From: Armatimonadota bacterium
GTDB taxonomy: Bacteria; Armatimonadota; SYMT01
DNA length: 64,000 nt
Assembly: GCA_041690135.1 (NCBI GenBank)
Contig: JAWLHY010000002.1
Span: forward strand, 416,001 to 480,000
Direction of reading: 5' to 3'
Shown: in pieces, positions 9,303 through 16,545 of the stretch
How positions within the stretch are numbered: the first letter of the stretch is position 1
How the letters are laid out: the number at the start of each line of letters is the position of its first letter
Position numbers and translations under genes: made by a program
Notes under the pieces: generated by a model
What the model saw: only the letters and a program-made list of their open reading frames with translations
What the model was told of the DNA's origin: nothing
The model's database searches: none

Positions 9303-9499
9303 GTAGGGCCGGACCTCTGTCCCGGCCTGGCCATGGACATAGTACCAGTCACGCCGGCCGGAGCAACGACACGGACACGCACCCATCCAACGGCTCTGAT
9401 AAACGGCACAGGCCCAACGCACCCGGCCGGAGGATCAGGCTCACACGGCGTGACGGGTACAAATCCAGGACCAGGCAGGCATCGGAAAGCCTGCCCTAC
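9303..9499. repeat. REPIN-like long imperfect palindrome
   Basis: Ends GTAGGGC...GCCCTAC; nested inverted arms gtaccagtcacgccg/cggcgtgacgggtac and ccggccgg copies. Confidence 0.7.
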
Positions 9500-9588
9500 A
9501 TTGCTGCGCCACCAGGACAATGCTGAGGTACCAGGCCCGTGCGCGTGGTCAACGTTATGCCCTATTGTCCGGAGAGGACCGCGTCGCC

Positions 9589-11019
9589 ATGTTGCGCCAC
9601 CTACCGCTGCTTCTGGTCACGGGATTACTCCTTGTCCAACCGGGCTGTCCCGCGGAAGCGGCGCCGCGGCTGACGCTCACGTTGGAAAGCGCCACGCTGC
9701 ACGGCACCCTGCGGGCGCTCCGGGCCTATTATGGTTGGGAATTGACCGGGCCGGACGGGGCGGGGTCAGTAGGCTTCAAGGAGGCTCCCGGCGCCCCGCA
9801 CTCCCGGTTTGCCTGGAAGGAAGCAGACGCAGGCACCGTGCTCCGGTCCGTGGCGGAGGCGTTCCGGCTCCAGGTGGCGATGCCGGCCCCGGACGTGGTC
9901 CGGTTCACCGCCGGTGCCGCACCCGCGCGCGGCGTGAGCTACCGGGGCGAACGGCTCATTACTACGCTCCATGAGGTGATCCAGCGGGAAAAGGTCACCC
10001 AGAAGGGTGCCGCTACAACGCCAGAGGTCACCCGCTCGTTGGAACTGCGGCTCACCCTGCGCACACCCGGTGCCGACCGCCTGTCCCTCTCCGGGCTGGA
10101 AAGCCTCCGCGCCGTCGACGACCGGGGGCGCACGCTGGAACTGCTGGAATTGCCCGACCTCCGCTCCCGCTCGGAAGGAGCCAGCGACCTTCCCGACGAG
10201 CGGACCCTCCCCCTGAAGCTCGCGGGATTCGACCCGGCGGCGACCCGGCTAGTCACCCTGGATGGTAAGCTCACCCTCTTCCGCACGACAGAGACGCACC
10301 GCATCGAGATCCCGAGCGCGGAGGTGCTGAAGGCGGTGACCCGGAAGGCGGGACCCCTGGAGTTGCAGGTCTCCGGCCTTCAAGTCAACGACCGGAGCGT
10401 GTCGGGCGAATACCGCCTTCAGTGGCCGGATGGTTCGGAGATCGTGATGGGGACCGCGGCCGAGCGGGCGACCGGGATCTGCTTCGCGCGCCTCCCGAGC
10501 GGCCGGCGGATGGACCTTCCGGGCCAGGTGGTGGAGCAGTCTTTCACGCCGGGGCAACCGCGAACTGCCCGGGTGCGCCTCGCACCTCTCCAACTTCCGG
10601 AAGAGCCGGTCGCGTTCGTCTGGGAGCTCCCGCTCCGTGCGCGGCCGGATGTGTCCGCAGATTTCCGATTCGCGAACGTACCGCTCCCCTTAGCTGCTGA
10701 ACGGGATGTGCCCAAAGATACCGGTAAGCTGCTCATCCGGTTGGCGCGCAGCATCTCACTGCGGGAAGGCGAACTCTCGGTTGGGTTGGCGCGCCGCGTG
10801 GGGAAGGGCTGGGGTCCGATCCGGTGGACCAGCGTGGAACTGGATCCCTTGGGTGAGGTTCGAATGCGCGGGGTCGCCCCGGCGGAGTACCGGGTTCGGC
10901 TCAGGTTCCGCCGCCGGGACGCGAGTGGGAAGCTCGGAACGCCGACAATGCTCAAGAGTACACCCGCCACCGTCGCGGTGACGGCTGCCCGGGAGAGCCG
11001 GATCCAGGCGGCCCCTTAA
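9589..11019 (+). CDS. Hypothetical exported protein
   Basis: Signal peptide MLRHLPLLLVTGLLL...AEA, SD GGAGAGG; beta-sandwich-like composition. Confidence 0.75.
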   Translation: MLRHLPLLLVTGLLLVQPGCPAEAAPRLTLTLESATLHGTLRALRAYYGWELTGPDGAGSVGFKEAPGAPHSRFAWKEADAGTVLRSVAEAFRLQVAMPAPDVVRFTAGAAPARGVSYRGERLITTLHEVIQREKVTQKGAATTPEVTRSLELRLTLRTPGADRLSLSGLESLRAVDDRGRTLELLELPDLRSRSEGASDLPDERTLPLKLAGFDPAATRLVTLDGKLTLFRTTETHRIEIPSAEVLKAVTRKAGPLELQVSGLQVNDRSVSGEYRLQWPDGSEIVMGTAAERATGICFARLPSGRRMDLPGQVVEQSFTPGQPRTARVRLAPLQLPEEPVAFVWELPLRARPDVSADFRFANVPLPLAAERDVPKDTGKLLIRLARSISLREGELSVGLARRVGKGWGPIRWTSVELDPLGEVRMRGVAPAEYRVRLRFRRRDASGKLGTPTMLKSTPATVAVTAARESRIQAAP

Positions 11020-11036
11020 AGCGATTTTGGATCAGA

Positions 11037-11879
11037 ATGCCCAGGCCACCCTCACCTCTGTTTCTTCTCATCGGGCTCGCGACGCTCGCGATCGCGGGCA
11101 CGTCTTTGTGGCTCTGGCAGCGGGGCAAGCGGCCCATGCCGCTCTACTTCGGCCTGGGGATGGTAGCCTGGGTGATCGGGTTCGCCCTGGAGCGGGGTTT
11201 CTTCGGCATCACTCGTGAGGCGGTCTTCCTGATTGTCGACCTCACCCTCGGCGCTGATCGGGCCACCGCGCTCCTCTGGATTTATCCCGGGATCGTGGCG
11301 GGCCTGCTCCAGTGCGGGGTGCTGCAACTCGTCATCGACCGCACTCGTGCCCGGGAGGCGGATTGGTATGAGGCGGCCGCCTTCGGCATCGGTTTCGGTG
11401 TCCTCAAGGTGGCTCTCTGGGGGCTTTTTTCATTGGCGGGGGTGCTGTACCTCACCCTGTTCTGGGGCACGCTGGAGGCACCGCAGCAGGCATTCGTGGG
11501 TCAGCAGTTCGGCCGTAATTACGGGCTCATACCCCTGGAAGTTCTGGATCACGGGTTCACCCTGGTCATCCATGTGTTCACCGCCCTGCTGGTGCTCTAC
11601 GGGCGACAGCAGCGCCAGGCGCGTTGGTTCTGGCTGGCCGTATTCTACAGCAGCGCGATCCACAGCGCGGCGCCCTGGGTGGCCGACATTCTGGGGACCC
11701 GCCAGGCGGCGCGCCCGGTGGACCTGGCCCAGTACGAGGCACTCATCGGCAGCTTCGCGTTGGTGGCGCTCCTGGGAATCCGGGCGCTCAAGCCGCGCTT
11801 TGCCGCGCCGAAGCCGTACGAGCCGGAGGAACCGCGCGAGGAGCAGCCGGAACTGCTGGAGATGATTGTCTCCTCTTAG
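11037..11879 (+). CDS. YhfC-like intramembrane protease family protein (catalytic motifs degenerate)
   Basis: Multi-TM; YhfC-like spacing GIVAGLLQ..., FGIGFG..., TLVIHV, AIHS. Confidence 0.65.
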   Translation: MPRPPSPLFLLIGLATLAIAGTSLWLWQRGKRPMPLYFGLGMVAWVIGFALERGFFGITREAVFLIVDLTLGADRATALLWIYPGIVAGLLQCGVLQLVIDRTRAREADWYEAAAFGIGFGVLKVALWGLFSLAGVLYLTLFWGTLEAPQQAFVGQQFGRNYGLIPLEVLDHGFTLVIHVFTALLVLYGRQQRQARWFWLAVFYSSAIHSAAPWVADILGTRQAARPVDLAQYEALIGSFALVALLGIRALKPRFAAPKPYEPEEPREEQPELLEMIVSS

Positions 11880-11925
11880 ATCCGTCAAAGAGTAAGCACT
11901 TCATTGCACCTAGCCGGCGGAGGCC

Positions 11926-11961
11926 GGCTTCGCCGTGTGTAGGTGCGAGTTCACTCGCCCA
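11926..11961 (+). repeat. REP family A copy 1
   Basis: ggcttcgccgtgtgtaggtgcgagttcactcgccca; partners at 12061-12096 (inverted) and 58827-58862. Confidence 0.8.
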
Positions 11962-12060
11962 GTTGAAGCTGGAGATGATCGTTTCCTCGTAGCCCCCTGC
12001 ACAAACCGGCGAGGTTCCAGGCAATCGTCTTTAGAGGGGTCACGGAATCGTCGCTTCCGT

Positions 12061-12096
12061 TGGGCGAGTGAACTCACGCCTACAAACGGCAAAGCC
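12061..12096 (-). repeat. REP family A copy 2 (inverted doublet with copy 1)
   Basis: tgggcgagtgaactcacgcctacaaacggcaaagcc, reverse complement of the family consensus. Confidence 0.8.
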
Positions 12097-12160
12097 CGTA
12101 CGGGCTGGCGACGGTCAAGTGGTGTTGCACCGGCGATTCCTCGGCAAGGGGGAAGTTTAA

Positions 12161-13048
12161 TTGCCTCGCGCCACGGTTCAGGGAATCGATCTGTACTATC
12201 TGGTGGATGGGCCTCCCGAACGGCCGGTGGTGGTGCTGATCAACGGGTTCAGCGCCCCGCTGGAGATGTGGGCGCCCACGGTTCCCGCGCTCGTGCCCCA
12301 GTTCCGCGTGCTCACCTACGACCTGCGCGGGCACGGCCGCTCGGACCTGCCGTTCGGCGGCTACGATCTCGCGACCCAGGCGGGCGACCTGCTGGGGCTA
12401 TTGGATCACCTGGGGATCGAGCGGGCGCACCTCGTGGGCGATGCCGCGGGCGGAGGAATCGCCGTGGAAGCGGCGCTCCAGCAACCGGAGCGCGTGCAGT
12501 CGCTGGTCCTGATCGGCACGCGCATCCACGGCTGGAAGGAGCCGCCCGGCTCGGTGCTTCCCCCCACGGAGGAGGAGGTCGAGTACAACCGCGAATTCCA
12601 GCGGTGCTTCCAGGAGGAAGGGCTGCCGGAGATCCTGGATCAGTGGTGGATGGGGGAGTGGTCGCGCCCCCTGCGGGAAGACCCCGTCCGGCGACGGGCA
12701 GCCCAGTTCCGCGACCTGATCATGAGCCATCCCGGAGGTGCCTGGCGGGCGACGCTCCCTCCGCGGCCCGTGCCCGCGCACCATCCCCGCCTGGGGGAGC
12801 TCCGGATGCCTACCCTGGTGGTAACGGGTGGCGCGGATGTGCCGGTCGTCAAGCTGCACGCCCAGGAGTGGCTGAAGGGACTCCCACGCGCTTTCTATGC
12901 CGAGATTCCCGAGGCGGGACACATCCCCAGTTGGGAGTTCCCCGACCGGTTCAACTCCGTGTTGCTCCAATTCCTGGCCAGCCCCGCAAACGAAACGGAA
13001 CCGCCCCCGCCTCTTCCGGTTCATGAAACCGGTCCGGAAAACGACTGA
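12161..13048 (+). CDS. Alpha/beta fold hydrolase (enol-lactonase-like)
   Basis: YDLRGHGRS, elbow VGDAAGG, late AGH; TTG start. Confidence 0.85.
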   Translation: MPRATVQGIDLYYLVDGPPERPVVVLINGFSAPLEMWAPTVPALVPQFRVLTYDLRGHGRSDLPFGGYDLATQAGDLLGLLDHLGIERAHLVGDAAGGGIAVEAALQQPERVQSLVLIGTRIHGWKEPPGSVLPPTEEEVEYNREFQRCFQEEGLPEILDQWWMGEWSRPLREDPVRRRAAQFRDLIMSHPGGAWRATLPPRPVPAHHPRLGELRMPTLVVTGGADVPVVKLHAQEWLKGLPRAFYAEIPEAGHIPSWEFPDRFNSVLLQFLASPANETEPPPPLPVHETGPEND

Positions 13049-13115
13049 AGCTCTCCCAGGCGAGCACCGCGGTCGTCGCCCGGTGTTAAGGAATTTGCCC
13101 GGAAGGAGAGCTGCG

Positions 13116-13886
13116 ATGTTCAGGAAAGCCTATCTACTCGGCCTCACTCTGCTGGTGGGGACGGCTGCCGCGGCCGGCGCGGCCCCGCAGCCGCAGCGGG
13201 TGGCGCTTCAATCCGAGACATGGCGGGACATCCTGAGCGATCTCTTCCGAGAACGGGGAACTCGGGATGGCGGGAGCCTGCTCGGAGACCGAAAGATCGA
13301 AGCAGGCCTCCGGGAAGCGCTGGAAGTGGGGACGAAAAACGCCGTTAAAAAGACGGGGCGGGCCGACGGCTTCTTCCGGAACGCCGACATCCGGATCCCG
13401 CTGCCGAAGCAACTCCGCCCCGTGGAACAGGGCCTGCGTCTCGTCGGGCAGGAGCGGGTGGTGGACCAGTTCGTGCTGAGCATGAACCGGGCCGCGGAGC
13501 GTGCCGCGCCGCAGGCCGCCTCGATCTTCCTGGATGCGATACGGGGCATCCAGTTCTCCGATGTGCGTCGCATCTTCTCCGGCGGCGATACCGCGGCCAC
13601 GGACTTCCTCCGCGACCGGACTTCCCAGCGCCTCGCGACGGCCTTCGATCCGATTGTCGGTAAGGCGATGGACGAAGTCGGCGTGACCCGCCAGTATCGG
13701 CAGCTCACCGGCCGGTTGGAAAACCTGCCGTTGGGGGGCGTCCGCTCCTTCGACCTGAACGACTACGTGGTGGAACAGTCGCTCAATGGCCTCTTCCACG
13801 TGCTGGGCGAAGAAGAAAAGGCGATCCGCCGCAACCCCGTAGCGCGAGTGACCCAACTGCTGAAAGATGTGTTCGGAAACCGGTAA
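13116..13886 (+). CDS. DUF4197 domain protein
   Basis: GLREALEVG...MNRAAERA...AATDFLR...EEEKAIRRNP; signal peptide; SD AAGGAG. Confidence 0.88.
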   Translation: MFRKAYLLGLTLLVGTAAAAGAAPQPQRVALQSETWRDILSDLFRERGTRDGGSLLGDRKIEAGLREALEVGTKNAVKKTGRADGFFRNADIRIPLPKQLRPVEQGLRLVGQERVVDQFVLSMNRAAERAAPQAASIFLDAIRGIQFSDVRRIFSGGDTAATDFLRDRTSQRLATAFDPIVGKAMDEVGVTRQYRQLTGRLENLPLGGVRSFDLNDYVVEQSLNGLFHVLGEEEKAIRRNPVARVTQLLKDVFGNR

Positions 13887-14005
13887 GTGGTGCGTCAGAT
13901 AGGCGCAGGCAGACTCCTGCTACTACGCCCCGAGCCCAACGAGAACTAGCTGCAGTTCTGCACTTTAGGGCAGTGCGGGACTGCAAGCCAGTGCCTTTGG
14001 CACTT

Positions 14006-14153
14006 GTAGGGAACGTCTCGCCGTAGCGTTCCGTGGGCCTGAACATGATCTCGTCCCGCCAACTCGTGATTGTTCGTGCCCAGGGTCGGTCCGGTTTGAC
14101 AGAACGGGTTCAACTTCGTTGACTTCGGAATGGAACGGCGTCACATTCCCTAC
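14006..14153 (-). repeat. REPIN/MITE-like element B copy 1 (~148 bp)
   Basis: Ends GTAGGGAA...TTCCCTAC; homologous along its length to 45588-45733. Confidence 0.8.
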
Positions 14154-14161
14154 GTTCCGGG

Positions 14162-14416
14162 TCACAAAGGCCGAAGTTGACCCCAGAGCCATTCCCCACG
14201 CGCCTCTTCGCAGGCCTCTGCCAGAGATTGGAGCTCCTCCGGGGTCATGGCTGCATGGATCTGCTGAAGCCGCTCCAGAGGGGATACTCCCGGCTCACTT
14301 GACCCGTTACCGGCCAGACGTGCAAACTGCAATCTGAGGTCGGCTATCTCTTCGCGTAGAGCCTGAACCTCATGGGCAGTGGCAATCGGTGTTCCATTGA
14401 GGACCGGAGTACTCAT
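14162..14416 (-). CDS. Small hypothetical (antitoxin-like) protein
   Basis: 84 aa, helical, acidic C-terminus; TAAATT 6 nt upstream of ATG suggests a leaderless start. Confidence 0.55.
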   Translation of the reverse strand: MSTPVLNGTPIATAHEVQALREEIADLRLQFARLAGNGSSEPGVSPLERLQQIHAAMTPEELQSLAEACEEARGEWLWGQLRPL

Positions 14417-14485
14417 ACCTACAATTTACCGCGACTCCGTGAAGCCGGGAGGCACCGCTCGAGCCAGTCCATGGCTACCAGCCCC

Positions 14486-15181
14486 TCATTCATCTTCCCC
14501 TTGTTGCCGATCACGTTCTGACTCAGCTTCTTCCGGGATCGCCGGTTCTGCATCCGCTGCGGAGTCTGTGGCTGTGATGGGAGTTTCGGGGTCGGAATGG
14601 GGCGGCGGTGTGAAGGGTTGCCTCAGAGACACGCTCCAGTCCTCCGGCACGTACTTCAGATCGGCCGAATCCTCCAGGTAGAGGGTCAGCTTCCACCCGG
14701 TGCGGCGCGCAAGGAGTTCTCCGATCGGCTGAAGCTGGTACGAGCCGAAGATGAGGCTGCCGAGCTCAACGCCCTTGCGCACAGCGCGAAGCCGCCAGCG
14801 ATCCTGGCCGCCTCGGAGGAGGATGGCCTCCAGGTTGGCGCCGAGTAGTCTTCGCCGCCGCCACGGGAGGCCGCAGAAGAAACGCTGTTGTTCGAGGAAG
14901 TTGTCCCCGGCCAGGTACGCCACGGTCGTGGCTCCGTGCACCAGCAGCATCGCGGCGAAGCAGGAGAACATCCCGATCAGCAGCCAGTTGGCGTCCGCGT
15001 AGACCCGGTTGCGCACCGTGGCCGCAAGGCCGATGAAGACCACGGCTCCCAGCAGCGAGAGCGGCTGCAGTCCGCCGTAGGGGTGCTGCCGCAGGCGGAG
15101 AGTGCCGTCGGCCAACGGTTCGAATCGCCAGTCGCGGAGGGCCCAGTTCGCCTCGGAACAGAGCTCGGTGGGTGTACGCAT
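14486..15181 (-). CDS. Hypothetical membrane protein
   Basis: Two TM segments followed by a soluble domain and an acidic tail. Confidence 0.65.
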   Translation of the reverse strand: MRTPTELCSEANWALRDWRFEPLADGTLRLRQHPYGGLQPLSLLGAVVFIGLAATVRNRVYADANWLLIGMFSCFAAMLLVHGATTVAYLAGDNFLEQQRFFCGLPWRRRRLLGANLEAILLRGGQDRWRLRAVRKGVELGSLIFGSYQLQPIGELLARRTGWKLTLYLEDSADLKYVPEDWSVSLRQPFTPPPHSDPETPITATDSAADAEPAIPEEAESERDRQQGEDE

Positions 15182-15191
15182 AGAATTGGGA

Positions 15192-16262
15192 TTATGGCTG
15201 GAGCCAGCGTTCGAACCATTCCATGGCCGCGGTGCGTTGGTCTGAAGTGACGGCGTGACCCGTGTTCGGAGCCACGATCAGCTTTAGCCGGTCCAGGGCG
15301 CGGTGCTTGCGGTACTCGGCCTCGGCGGCGGCATAGCACTGCCGGACGCCCTCCATGGGGCAGCGATGGTCCTCACCGCCGTTCAGGATCAGCAACGGAC
15401 GGGGGGCGATCGCTTCCAGCATGCGGGGGCAGTCGAACCGGTCGGTGATGCCGGGCAGGACGCGGGCCCAGGCTTCCCGGGTGACGCGGGCATTGACCTC
15501 TTTCTCTCCCAGCGCTGCGGCCACGGCCTGGTGGAACCGGGGCAGGGTATCCGTGCGCGGGCGGAAGTTGCCGCTCTCGAGTTGGTAACCGAAGCGGGTC
15601 ACCCCGATACAGGGGACCGCCACCCGGACGCGCGGATCGGCCGCGGCGGTGAGCCAGGTGTTCATTCCGCCCATCGAGATCCCGATCATGCCGATCCGCT
15701 CCCCATCCACGTCGTCGCGGGTCTGGAGGTAGTCGAGGGCGCGGATCGTATCCGTCACGGTTTCGTACAGCCAGGGATGGCCCTTGCCGGTGCGGTACGC
15801 CCGGATAATGGCTTCCTCGTAGTCGATCTTCGCCAATTCGCCGTGATAGCGGGCGTCGGTAGCACACGCCACGAAGCCGCGGCTGGCGAGCTCCCGCAGG
15901 TAAGATTCGGTCCCTTCCTTCCGGCCGCGGGTGCCGTGCAGCACCAGCACGACCGGTCGTTTCCGAGGCTTCGCGCCTGCCGGCCGGAGGAGCAGCATGG
16001 CGACCCGCTGGCCCGGCTCGGAGGTGAAGAATACCTTCTCCCGGTGGAACGCGCCCGCCATGTCCCGCGACACGACTTCCGGGGCGAGGTCCGCCCGGCG
16101 CGGCGCTACCAGCTTCAGGAACTCGCGGCGGGTTCGCTCCGGGTCGGCGGCTCGGGCCGGCCTTGCCTGCATCAGCAGCGGAAAGCCGCCGGCGAGCGTG
16201 ACGAGTGCGCGGCGGGAGAGGCGGTGGGGGGCTTCCGGGTCAAGCATGGTGACTTCTGGCAT
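15192..16262 (-). CDS. Tat-exported alpha/beta hydrolase (dienelactone hydrolase/esterase-like)
   Basis: SRRAL Tat motif, LHG, GISMGG nucleophile, D (GEDH), H (TGHAV). Confidence 0.85.
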   Translation of the reverse strand: MPEVTMLDPEAPHRLSRRALVTLAGGFPLLMQARPARAADPERTRREFLKLVAPRRADLAPEVVSRDMAGAFHREKVFFTSEPGQRVAMLLLRPAGAKPRKRPVVLVLHGTRGRKEGTESYLRELASRGFVACATDARYHGELAKIDYEEAIIRAYRTGKGHPWLYETVTDTIRALDYLQTRDDVDGERIGMIGISMGGMNTWLTAAADPRVRVAVPCIGVTRFGYQLESGNFRPRTDTLPRFHQAVAAALGEKEVNARVTREAWARVLPGITDRFDCPRMLEAIAPRPLLILNGGEDHRCPMEGVRQCYAAAEAEYRKHRALDRLKLIVAPNTGHAVTSDQRTAAMEWFERWLQP

Positions 16263-16545
16263 GGCGGACCGGAGGGGACCTGGCGGGCTTTCCCGTGGGT
16301 CATGAGGAGAATTAGGGCGCACACCGCACCCTGCGCACCTGTTCGACGGAACCTGTCCAATGTCCCTACCGGGGGCTCCGCGGAATTGGCATTGAGTGCA
16401 AGGGCGTATACTATAGAGTTTTGGATGAGCCGGTACTCCGGCTCCGACCCTCAAGCACGTCGGCCCGCGCGAGGCATTCCGCCCGCCCGGCCGCTCCGGC
16501 GCTTCCGAAACCGGAAGCGCCGGTGACCCTGCAAACCGATCTGGT

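Noticed and set aside
9045-9422. ORFs with VGVRVG, YSYSYS or poly-Leu tracts
   Set aside because: These are translations of the hexamer repeat and REPIN with no other coding signal.
13965-14192. VapC/PIN remnant suggested by FVTRNV
   Set aside because: Most of the ORF lies inside repeat element B, which recurs non-coding at 45588-45733.
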